Origin: Kiritimatiellia bacterium | GTDB taxonomy: Bacteria > Verrucomicrobiota > Kiritimatiellia > RFP12 > JBMNHG01 | Reading direction: 5' to 3' | NCBI GenBank assembly: GCA_050950285.1 | Contig: JBMNHG010000011.1 | Location: 62,001 to 126,000 of the forward strand | DNA: 64,000 nucleotides | Part shown: one piece after another, positions 9,326 to 18,148 of the stretch | How the letters are laid out: each line of letters starts with the position of its first letter | Position numbering within the stretch: the stretch's first letter is position 1 | The notes under the pieces: generated by a model | Databases searched by the model: none | What the model was told of the DNA's origin: nothing | Seen by the model: only the letters and a program-made list of their open reading frames with translations | Program-made: the position numbers and the translations under genes

Positions 9326-11491
9326 TCATGGAGACGGGATCTCCTGGGGGGATGCCGGATCCTGCGGACGGCTCAGATACACAATGTCGGAGGTACGTCC
9401 GGGGGGAAGCGGGCTTCCGAACAGATCCGTCGCGTCGCAGCCGGCGGGGATGGGAAACGATACGTCCTGCGGGGCATCGTCCGCAAGAAAAACCCAGGCA
9501 TCGGAGGAATCGCCGGGAAGGCGGATCCGCCACGCTTCCCATCCCGGGGCCGGCGGATCGGCCGGCTCGAGCGTGGCGTCGGCGGGGATGGCGGCCCCGT
9601 AGGCGGCGACGGCGCGTCCCCGGTCGCCGGGGATGCCGGTGGCCGGGGAAGCGGGATCGCCGTCTGGCACCGAAGGGCCATGCGCGAGGAAGGACAGGGC
9701 GACGCCTGCGGCCCGCTCCCGCACGAGCTGCCGGACGAGGTCGGAGGGCGTCCCCGCCGGGCCTCCACCGATGTCCCAGACGGGCGTCGATACCATTCCG
9801 GGAACGGGACCGAGGGTTTTCCCCCGAATGGAACGAAGCCGGTCCGCGCTTGGCGTCTCGACGCCGAGCAGGTCGGGGGCGGGATCGAGACTCCGGAAGA
9901 GATCGTTGGCGGCCGCGGGATCGGTCCAGGCATCGGGAAGATCGACGAGGAGCCGGGCTTCGGGCGCCCGGCTGCGGAACAAGGGCGCGAGATCGGTCCA
10001 GAGCGCGAGGAGCGTGGCGCGGTGCATCCTCCGATCCTCCGGCGTGGCCGTGCGGGGCGGACGGAGGAGGAAGCCGTCGAATTCGATCGCGGCGACATCG
10101 CGATAGCGGGCGGCGAGGAGCCCCCAGGCCTTGCGCCAGGCGGCGAGGTCCGCCGGGAGCCCCGTCCGCGGGTCACGGCCGACCCAGCGGGGGCGCCCGG
10201 AAAGGCGTAGCACGACGGCCCTGCCGGCGGTTCGTTCGGCGTCAAGCGTGGCGTCGGCGAAGCGCCAGTCGTAGGCGCCGGGCGCAGGTTCAAGCCGAGC
10301 CCAGTCGATTGCGACCCGCGAAAAGCGGATCCCGAGCGCGGCCGACTCGGGTTGGCGGCGGGCGGCTTCCTCGACGCCGATCGCGGGATTGGCGGGGCGA
10401 CGGGGCAAGACGACGAACGGAAGGCGGCGGACACGCCGCGCAAGGCCAGAGGCCGCGGTGTTCGTGAGGACGACACAGCGGACGCCCTCCTCGACGATGC
10501 ACGGGTGCGCGGGCGGACGGTCGAGATAGCCGAACAAGCCGGCGGGAAGGTCGGGCGGGAGCGGCTCCGCGAGGAGCCCGGCCTCGGCGGCCTCGGCCTC
10601 GGCGCCGTCCAGCACCGGGCGGCCGGCCTCCCACGCGGCGCGCACCTCGTCCGGCGTGTCGGCGGTCGCGCGAATGGCGCATGCGTCGATCCGCGTGTCG
10701 ACCACATGCGGATTGCTCGTGCCACCGGAACGCCCGCCGAGTTCGAGAACGCGCGCGAGGGGGGATACGGCGACGGGCCCTTCGGCGCGGCGGGCGACAA
10801 GGCGGCCGTCGAGGTAGCAGGAGACGGCGTCGGATTCGCTCGCGAGAACCGCGTGATGCCAGAACCCGGAGGCGCAGGGCATCTCGCTCGCCTGGAGGCC
10901 GTCGGGGTTCCCGCCCTGCGGGACGAACCATTGGAACACCATCCGTCCATCCCGGCACCAGGAGGAGCGTATGTAGTACAGGCGGAATCCGGCTCTCTCC
11001 CGGGGCGAGACGGCGGCGAGGACGATGGACTCGCGCTTCATGCCGTCCTGCCACGGCCCGAGGACGTCTTCGCCCGACGGACGGAACCAGAGGGAGACCG
11101 TGAACGGCCCGTTCGTCGGGATCACCGCGCTCGGGACGACGAGCGGCGCGCCCGGCTGCGTCCCGAGACGCAACGCGTTCCAGCCGCCAGAGCGGTCGAG
11201 CCCGTAGTCCGGGAGCGTTCGCCCCCAGGCGTCGATCGCCGTCGCATCGCCCAGCCGCCGACCCCAGGCGGTTCGGGTGCGCACGCGGCAGCCCGGGGCG
11301 TCCGGCGCGTCGCGGTCGAGGATCCGGCCCGGGTGGAGGGAGGAAAAGGAAAGATCGGCGCCGCAGGCGGCGTGGAACGGAAGAGAGGACAGGCAAACGG
11401 CGAAAGGCAACAGGCACATGCGGAGCCAGGGACTCCCCGCCCCCGCCCCTTGTCCCCCTGCCGGGCTCGCGCTAGTCCGCCCCGAGCTCAT
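9326..11491 (-). CDS. secreted LamG-like domain plus degenerate clan GH-A-like barrel
   Basis: PFTVSLWFRP, WHHAVL...SCYLDG (LamG); LGIRFSRVAIDWARLEPAPGAYDW; start chosen from GGGGGAGGT before ATG 11491, alternative MCLLPF start. Confidence 0.65.
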   Translation of the reverse strand: MSSGRTSASPAGGQGAGAGSPWLRMCLLPFAVCLSSLPFHAACGADLSFSSLHPGRILDRDAPDAPGCRVRTRTAWGRRLGDATAIDAWGRTLPDYGLDRSGGWNALRLGTQPGAPLVVPSAVIPTNGPFTVSLWFRPSGEDVLGPWQDGMKRESIVLAAVSPRERAGFRLYYIRSSWCRDGRMVFQWFVPQGGNPDGLQASEMPCASGFWHHAVLASESDAVSCYLDGRLVARRAEGPVAVSPLARVLELGGRSGGTSNPHVVDTRIDACAIRATADTPDEVRAAWEAGRPVLDGAEAEAAEAGLLAEPLPPDLPAGLFGYLDRPPAHPCIVEEGVRCVVLTNTAASGLARRVRRLPFVVLPRRPANPAIGVEEAARRQPESAALGIRFSRVAIDWARLEPAPGAYDWRFADATLDAERTAGRAVVLRLSGRPRWVGRDPRTGLPADLAAWRKAWGLLAARYRDVAAIEFDGFLLRPPRTATPEDRRMHRATLLALWTDLAPLFRSRAPEARLLVDLPDAWTDPAAANDLFRSLDPAPDLLGVETPSADRLRSIRGKTLGPVPGMVSTPVWDIGGGPAGTPSDLVRQLVRERAAGVALSFLAHGPSVPDGDPASPATGIPGDRGRAVAAYGAAIPADATLEPADPPAPGWEAWRIRLPGDSSDAWVFLADDAPQDVSFPIPAGCDATDLFGSPLPPGRTSDIVYLSRPQDPASPQEIPSP

Positions 11492-14400
11492 ACCTCCCCC
11501 ATGCGGCAACGTTGGCGTAGTTCCGGAAGACGCCGTCGACGGCGATCGCGGCCTTGCGCAGTTCCGTGTCGCCATCGGTGTCGTCGACAAGGAAATCCAT
11601 CCGGAAGACGCTGCCGGGGAGTACGCGGAAGCCGCTTTTCTCGTTCGGGGCAATGCGGCCTTCGATCAGGTATCCGTCCGCGGTCCGGCGACCGACGCAT
11701 TTTACATCGGCATGGGCGCGCGCGCCGCGCACTTGGAGGACGCGGCACGGCCCGACCGTTTCGCCGAGCGCGGGCGTCACGAGCGCCTGGTCGGCGCCTT
11801 CCTCGGACTGCGTGCCCAGCTCGCTGCCCTGGCGCATGTCGATGAAGAGCTCGAGGCAGTCGTAGTTCCACGGGGTGGATTCCCGTCCGGCGGGGGGCGG
11901 TACGCAGGCGTCGTCGCGAACCTCGAGGAGGAAGGCCATCGCATGGCCTTCGACGTACGCCGTGCGGAGCGTGAGCGACAGGTCGTCCGGCCCGCGCCAT
12001 TGCGGATCCCAGAGGCGGGCGATGTCCGGCTTGCCATGCACCACGTCCGCCTCGGTGGCGCAGGCGACGGGTTGCGCGAACGCCCATTTGGCGGTGTCGC
12101 CGTCGAGCGGCATCGGGTGCGGGGCCCGTTGCACGATGCGGAGCGCGCCCGGCGAGCGGAAGATCGACTCCGCCGCCGCGAGGGGCGTCGCGTCCGGCTC
12201 CGCGCCGTCCGCGCGGAGCGTGGCGCGGAGCGACCATTCGCGGCGCTTGAGCGCCGGTCCGCGCATCGTGCCGGCGACGTTCGTCGCAGCCCCCGGCGCG
12301 AGCGCGACCTGCGTCCGGGCGGCCGGTTCGATCGTGGCGCCCGGGGGCGCGGCGATCTCGAGCGTCGCGGCAAGCGGTCGGTCGAAGAGGTTCGTCACGG
12401 AGGCGGTGAACGGCAGGACGCCGTCGTCCGGGAGGTCGGCGGGCGTCGCAAGCGCGAGCGGCGTCACCTGCGCAAAGTCCGGCGGAACGTCGAAGAGGTA
12501 GACCGGCTCGAACGAGGCATGCACCAGGACGAGACCCTCCTCCGACGCGCGCGTCCCGGAGAAGTTCCCGAGAAGATCCATCGTCCGATAGACGGCGCCG
12601 GGCTCGGCGCGGAAGGTGAGCGGAACCGGGCGCCGGGCGAACACGGCCGCGACGCGCGACCCGTCCTTGCGCTCGACGATGACGCAGGCGTCGTCCTTCG
12701 ACGCGAGCGGCACCTCGCGGCACGCGCGGAAGCCGTTCAGCACCTGGCCGGACAAGGCGGTGATGGCGACGCCCTGCTCGTTCGGGGTCTCGACGCCGAT
12801 CGCGATCGGCCCCTCGCTCTTGATGTAGCTCTCGAAGCCCATCGCGAGCGTGACGAGGGCGGCCTGCTGCTGGAACGCGGCGCTCTCTCGTTCGGGGAGC
12901 GTCGGCATGATCGTCGCGAAGACGCGGTAGTCGGTGTTCCCCTCCTGCGGATAGCCGGCCGCGAGCGCCTCCTCGCGCGTCATCGGCCGGTCGCGGATGC
13001 GCGGGAGCGAGAACACGCCGGCTTCCGTGCAGTGCAAGGAGAGCGGCTTGCCCAGTTTCGCGCTCCATTCGTCGCGCAGTGCGCGGAGCTTCCATCCCGC
13101 GCCGTTCCAGTGCAGCTCATGAATCGGATCGGTGATGTAGTTGTGCAGGGAGAGGCCGTCCACAAGCTCCCCGATCCCGAGCCGCAGCAGCTCCGCCGTG
13201 AACGGGATGTAGTTCGGAGTCGCCCCGGGCGGATAGAACTTCGCGTCGGGGATCGCGTTCGTGTACGCCTCGTGGAGGATCCGGAAGCAGTCCATGTACG
13301 CGCCGGCCGTGGTGCGGGTGTTCACTTCGCTCGTCGCCTCGAACTCGTGCACGCCGTTCGTCTTGAAGAACTGGGCGGCGCGTTCGTAGAACGCCCGGTA
13401 ATGCGCCTTCACGTCGGGCGGCATCTCGTTCACGAAGCGGGAGCTCTGCGAGAAATCGCCCTGCGACCAGAACGCGCCGCAGACGAAGCGCCGCAATTCA
13501 TCGCGTTTCACGCCCTGCCAGCGCTCCATGCCCGTGAGGCCGTCCGGGCCCGCGTAGTCGAAGGGATGGATGTCGAACGCGCGCCCCGGCGCGCTCGGCT
13601 CGTGCAACTGGACGCGCCGCAGGTTGGTGTCGTACCCCCACCGTCCACGCACGGTGCAAAGGCCGAACGGGCTGTCGAGGCGCTCCGGCCGGGGCGGGAC
13701 GACGCCGAGGAACACCGTGCGCGGATGCTGGTAGGCGACGGCGCCCGTGCGGTCCGACGCCTCGATTTCGACGCGGTAGACGCCGCAGGTCTCGAACGCA
13801 AAGCTCGTCTCGGCCACCCCGTCGGCCTCGACGGAGATCTCCCGCGTCTCGATCGGATCACCGTCGAGCGCGCGCACGGTGAAGCGCGCGACGAACGGCC
13901 CGTCCGCCTTTTCGGAGGCGGGGATTGCGAGCGAAAACGCCGCCGCCTCGCCCCGGCGGACATAGCCGCCCTGCTCGTCCGGCACCTTGACGCGGAACGA
14001 GCGGGCGCGGGCCACGGCGGCGTCGGCCGCAGCGGCCGCCGCGAGCTGCTCGTCGGGCGAGCCCTCGGCGGACGGCCCGAGCGCCCCGGCGAGCTCCGCC
14101 GACGCGAGCGCGCGACCATAGACGGCGAGGAAGTCGATGTCGAAGGGGCACAGGTCGTCGAACGTGCCCGCCGTGTGTTGTGCGCCGACATGGAGAAACG
14201 GCGTGTAGTAGCGGTTCTCGAAGAACGGCTGCGCACCGTACGTGCCGGCGAAGTCGGGCGGGATCAACACGCCGAAGGGCGCTTCGGCGGCAGGAGCCGC
14301 GAGATCGTCGAGGTAGAGCCGCGCCATCCGGCCGTCGATCGTGAACGCGGCCTGGTGCCAGATGTCCGGCGCAACGCCCTCCCGCACCAGTTCCAGCGGT

Positions 14401-14879
14401 TCGGCTCCCTTGCCGCGGGCGAGCGAAAGCACGAGGCGCCCCGGGGCCCCGGACGCTTCGCGCTCGACGAAAAGCTCGAACCCGCATGTCGCCCGGTCGC
14501 CGTTGAAACCGAGCTTGAGCGGCACGGCGACGCCTCCCGCGTCGGGCACGCGGAACCAGAGCGCGAACGATGCGCCGCCGGCGAACTCCTTGCCCGTGAT
14601 ACCCGCGCGGTAGAGGCAGCGATGCGAACGGGGGTGCCAGAAACGCACCGCGTGCGATCCCGCCCGGTGCCCCGGTACCCGCACGGGAGCCTCCCAGATT
14701 GTCATCGACCCCTTCGGCCCGCCGGTGACGGCGATCTTGCCCGGGAAACAATCGGCGATGTTGGCGACCTCTTCCCCCTCCGTCTCCGTGAACGGATACA
14801 CGCGGAGCGCGCCGGGGATGGACAGCGCGTCGGCCCAGACGGACGCAGCGAGAAAGAAGACGGGAAGTATCCTTTTCAT
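11472..14879 (-). CDS. large secreted LamG + clan GH-A-like hydrolase + CBM9-like sugar-binding protein
   Basis: Signal peptide MKRILPVFFLAASVWA; ASFALWF/WHQAAFTIDG (LamG); VDGLSLHNY, CTEAG; C-terminal LDGDTAKW...DCLELFID...FRMDFLVDDTD (CBM9-like). Confidence 0.75.
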   Translation of the reverse strand: MKRILPVFFLAASVWADALSIPGALRVYPFTETEGEEVANIADCFPGKIAVTGGPKGSMTIWEAPVRVPGHRAGSHAVRFWHPRSHRCLYRAGITGKEFAGGASFALWFRVPDAGGVAVPLKLGFNGDRATCGFELFVEREASGAPGRLVLSLARGKGAEPLELVREGVAPDIWHQAAFTIDGRMARLYLDDLAAPAAEAPFGVLIPPDFAGTYGAQPFFENRYYTPFLHVGAQHTAGTFDDLCPFDIDFLAVYGRALASAELAGALGPSAEGSPDEQLAAAAAADAAVARARSFRVKVPDEQGGYVRRGEAAAFSLAIPASEKADGPFVARFTVRALDGDPIETREISVEADGVAETSFAFETCGVYRVEIEASDRTGAVAYQHPRTVFLGVVPPRPERLDSPFGLCTVRGRWGYDTNLRRVQLHEPSAPGRAFDIHPFDYAGPDGLTGMERWQGVKRDELRRFVCGAFWSQGDFSQSSRFVNEMPPDVKAHYRAFYERAAQFFKTNGVHEFEATSEVNTRTTAGAYMDCFRILHEAYTNAIPDAKFYPPGATPNYIPFTAELLRLGIGELVDGLSLHNYITDPIHELHWNGAGWKLRALRDEWSAKLGKPLSLHCTEAGVFSLPRIRDRPMTREEALAAGYPQEGNTDYRVFATIMPTLPERESAAFQQQAALVTLAMGFESYIKSEGPIAIGVETPNEQGVAITALSGQVLNGFRACREVPLASKDDACVIVERKDGSRVAAVFARRPVPLTFRAEPGAVYRTMDLLGNFSGTRASEEGLVLVHASFEPVYLFDVPPDFAQVTPLALATPADLPDDGVLPFTASVTNLFDRPLAATLEIAAPPGATIEPAARTQVALAPGAATNVAGTMRGPALKRREWSLRATLRADGAEPDATPLAAAESIFRSPGALRIVQRAPHPMPLDGDTAKWAFAQPVACATEADVVHGKPDIARLWDPQWRGPDDLSLTLRTAYVEGHAMAFLLEVRDDACVPPPAGRESTPWNYDCLELFIDMRQGSELGTQSEEGADQALVTPALGETVGPCRVLQVRGARAHADVKCVGRRTADGYLIEGRIAPNEKSGFRVLPGSVFRMDFLVDDTDGDTELRKAAIAVDGVFRNYANVAAWGRYELGAD

Positions 14880-14917
14880 GTGCGACATTCGACCCAATCA
14901 ACGGCTCGACCCGCCTC

Positions 14918-16384
14918 CTACCTCACGAACAGGAGCGTTCCGGACGGACGCTCGACCGTCAGGTAGACCGTCGAGCCCTCCGCCTTGAGTTTCGCCACAT
15001 AGCCGCCATCGCCCGTCGCCGTGCACGTCCAGTTTTTGAGGAGGTTCGCGCCCGAGAGCGTGCCGCAGGTGAAGAGCGGAAAATCGCGGGGCATGTCCTG
15101 GATGCCTTCGGAAACCGTCACGGCGACCGAGCCCGCGCCCGAAATCGCGAGCTCGCCCGAGACCGCCACCGCGTCGCAGGACGCCCCGCCCGCGTCGACC
15201 GCGATGGCGCAGCCGTTTTCCAGCGCAAGGTCGCCGTCTACCGTGAGGAGACCGATCGAGCCGGCGCCACCGGGCACGATCGAGGCGACGCCCATTCCGA
15301 CCGTGCGGAGCGTGCCCGCGCCCGAGAGGGCATCCGTCCGCGATGCGGCGAGGTTGAGCGGCGCAAGCGAAAGGTCGAGTTCCGCCCCCGACGCGATCGA
15401 AAGCGAATCGAACGACCAGCTGTTCGTCGCCGGCACGTCCGCGCCGTTCCACTTCTTGCGAAGATAGTCCTCCACCGCGAGCGCCGTCGCCAGATCCGGC
15501 GTGTTCGTACAGATGAGCGCCTCCGCGATGCGGATGCCGCCTACGACCTTGAAGTTCTGTGAATTGGCGAACGCGGAGGCGCCGATCAGTTTTCGCTCGT
15601 TTTCGGGACATTCTTCCAAGGGCGTCGGGATGAACACGGCGACGTTGAGACGCCCCATCGGCGGAACCGCCCAGCCGACGCTCGCCTCCCCGTTGAGCCG
15701 CACGACGTTGTTGTAGACGCGCGAGGGGCAATAGCTCGTATGGATCATGCGGCGGTACTGTCCGCGCAGGAACACGTTGAGGGGACAATTCCCCAGCAAG
15801 GTCGGGAATCCGCTGTTGTCGTCCAGCTCCGCGCACTCCGGACGATCCTCGAACACGAGGAAATAGGCGCCGACATCCGTGCAGGCCTCGCTGAAACTGA
15901 GGTAGGCGCTCCAGCGCCCCTCCCAGTTGAGGGAAACCCCGTTCGTCCTGGCGTTGGAGCCGCCGACGAGCCCGAAGTCGATGACGGGGAGCCCGTTCGT
16001 GTAATCCGGCTCGATCCATGGATTCTTCCGGTCATGCGTGAGGGTCAAGGACTTCGACGCATAACGCCCGTTCCGCGTCGTGTCGTCTACCCGGGTGATG
16101 AAGTTGGTCCCGTTCACCATCTGGAACGTGAACGTGTCGGTGCGCGCGGCGTCGATGTGGAGCCAGGCGCCGTCTGGAAGCCCGGTGTAGCGGAGCAGCC
16201 CCCCTTCCACCGCGATGGTGCCGACCCCGGCAAGCGAGTTGGTGTAGACCGCGCCGGACGAGACGGTGATCGTGCCGCCGGATGCGCCGCCGGCCCGGAC
16301 GGCGGCCGGAACGGACAAGGCCATCGCAAAGGCGAATGCAATGGCAGACAAAAGGACGCGGAAACGGAGAACAGGCAGGCTCAT
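14918..16384 (-). CDS. secreted passenger-like protein with terminal GTLLFVR motif
   Basis: Signal peptide; AWLHIDA...IAEALI LamG-like core; LSGAGTL, IVPGGAGSIGLLTVDGDL, RDFPLFTC; AAGGA 8 nt before ATG 16384 (alternative start 16393). Confidence 0.8.
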   Translation of the reverse strand: MSLPVLRFRVLLSAIAFAFAMALSVPAAVRAGGASGGTITVSSGAVYTNSLAGVGTIAVEGGLLRYTGLPDGAWLHIDAARTDTFTFQMVNGTNFITRVDDTTRNGRYASKSLTLTHDRKNPWIEPDYTNGLPVIDFGLVGGSNARTNGVSLNWEGRWSAYLSFSEACTDVGAYFLVFEDRPECAELDDNSGFPTLLGNCPLNVFLRGQYRRMIHTSYCPSRVYNNVVRLNGEASVGWAVPPMGRLNVAVFIPTPLEECPENERKLIGASAFANSQNFKVVGGIRIAEALICTNTPDLATALAVEDYLRKKWNGADVPATNSWSFDSLSIASGAELDLSLAPLNLAASRTDALSGAGTLRTVGMGVASIVPGGAGSIGLLTVDGDLALENGCAIAVDAGGASCDAVAVSGELAISGAGSVAVTVSEGIQDMPRDFPLFTCGTLSGANLLKNWTCTATGDGGYVAKLKAEGSTVYLTVERPSGTLLFVR

Positions 16385-16449
16385 GGCGGTCATCCTTGGG
16401 TCGAGGTTGTTTGTCGGCAGTTGGGGAATGCTCCTCCAGTGAAAACATA

Positions 16450-16478
16450 ATTTTATCCGACCAAGCGCAAATCGTCAA
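16450..16478 (-). promoter_or_regulatory. sigma70-like promoter for the 16384 operon
   Basis: TTGACG (16478-16473), 17-nt spacer, TAAAAT (16455-16450). Confidence 0.7.
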
Positions 16479-16616
16479 TCAAAGCCCGACATCCAAAGCC
16501 GCATTTTATAGGGCTTTTTCCTCGCAGGGGTCACTTGAACTTGCATGGGAAGGGGACTTCCCGTTAAAATACGGATGCCTGTTCAAACGGTTGCTTCGAA
16601 ACGAGGAGATGTCTGC

Positions 16617-17855
16617 ATGAAGAGGGCGGATCGGCAGGAATATCGCGATGTGACGGCGCTTGGCGTCCGCCCGGACGGGACGCAGGGCATCGAGGACGCG
16701 CTTTCCAAGGCGTTTGCGGCCGGTGTGCGGAAGCTCTATTTTCCACGCGGCGACTACCGCATCGACGGAACGCTGCGGATGCCGTCCGGCACGCATGTCG
16801 AGGCGGACGCGGAAGCGCGTGTCTTTTCCATCGCCGGAAACCGGGCGAACGAACTGGTCACGAATGCAGACTGGAAAGAGGGGAACCGGGATATCGCCAT
16901 ACGCGGCGGACGCTGGGACGGAAACTGCGGGGAGCGGGACGAGAATTCTTTTGATCCGGAGAAGGGATATGGCGGACGTTTCTTCCATTTTGTGAACCTG
17001 AAAGGGCTGCACGTCTCTGACCTGGAGGCGTTTGATTCGGTCACCTACCATTTCTCGCTGGCGCGTGTGACGGATTTCCGGTTCGCGAATCTGCGGATCG
17101 GCGGCGACCGCAGGCCGATGTGCCAGGACGGCATCCACGTCGGCGGCGGCTGCGAGCGGGGGCAGATCCACAACCTGATCGCGCATGCCGGCGGGATGGG
17201 CGACGACCTGATCGCGCTGAATGCCGACGACGTGTTTCATTATGTCTGGAACGACCAGCAGCAGGCGCTGCCGATCCGCGACATCACGGTGGAGAACATC
17301 GATGCTCCGGATTGCTTCACGGTGGTGCGTCTGCTGACGGTCGACCAGCCGATCGAGCGGTGCACGTTCCGCAACATCCGCGCCGGATTCCGGATACACG
17401 GGCTGAATCTGGATGCCGCGCGATACTGCATGCATCCGATGTTTCATGACCAGGATCGTCCGCACGGGGTCGGGGCGCTGCGGGACATCCTGTTTGAGAA
17501 CATCGATCTGTGGAACACGGGGGGGAATCCGGAGCGGGCGAGGGAGCTGGTGACATACGAGTCGAACGGGACAAACGTGGTGTTCCGCAACATGCGTCAT
17601 CGCTGCGATCTGGCGGAGTCACCGGCAGAGAAACGGCAGCCGTTGGTCCGGTTTCGGCATCTGGCGGCGACATCGCTGCTGGTGGACGGCGTGCGGCGCG
17701 AACTGGGCGAAGGCGAGATTTTCACGCTGGAGCAGAAGCGCGTGGACGAGTTGCGGATCGATCGGAAACCGACCGGTGACGGTCCGGGCGGCCGGCCGGA
17801 AAGAGATCCTGCCCATGCGGATTCCCGTCGGACCATCCGAAGGGCAAGCAGGTAG
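16617..17855 (+). CDS. right-handed beta-helix glycoside hydrolase (GH28-related/pectin lyase fold), no signal peptide
   Basis: GAGGAG RBS; DVTALGVRPDG...LYFPRGDYRI; QDGIHV...GDDLIALNADD. Confidence 0.8.
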   Translation: MKRADRQEYRDVTALGVRPDGTQGIEDALSKAFAAGVRKLYFPRGDYRIDGTLRMPSGTHVEADAEARVFSIAGNRANELVTNADWKEGNRDIAIRGGRWDGNCGERDENSFDPEKGYGGRFFHFVNLKGLHVSDLEAFDSVTYHFSLARVTDFRFANLRIGGDRRPMCQDGIHVGGGCERGQIHNLIAHAGGMGDDLIALNADDVFHYVWNDQQQALPIRDITVENIDAPDCFTVVRLLTVDQPIERCTFRNIRAGFRIHGLNLDAARYCMHPMFHDQDRPHGVGALRDILFENIDLWNTGGNPERARELVTYESNGTNVVFRNMRHRCDLAESPAEKRQPLVRFRHLAATSLLVDGVRRELGEGEIFTLEQKRVDELRIDRKPTGDGPGGRPERDPAHADSRRTIRRASR

Positions 17856-18148
17856 GCGCGGCCGGCACGGGAAGGGCCGGAACGGCATGCCGTCCCACAA
17901 CGGACCTGCCGGTGTGCGACGTCGCTTTTCCTGCATGAGCTTCCGTCCCCCTTCCCGCGAGCCCAGCCCGTCCGCCCGATGGTATGTGTATCATAACATA
18001 TTGCGCCGCAACAATTTAAAACAGCCTACAGAAAAACATGGGGACAAACGCCCCGGAATGTGCGACAATCCACCTGTCGTTTCAGGCGTGGCATGGTGCT
18101 GCGCAGCAGGGGCTTTGCACGAGCCTACAAAGACCGAAGGGAGACGTT

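Noticed and set aside
17852..17900. Terminator or REP element after the 16617 gene (GGAACGGCATGCCGTCCC hairpin)
   Set aside because: Short hairpin with no U-tract and no clear second copy in the window; insufficient support.
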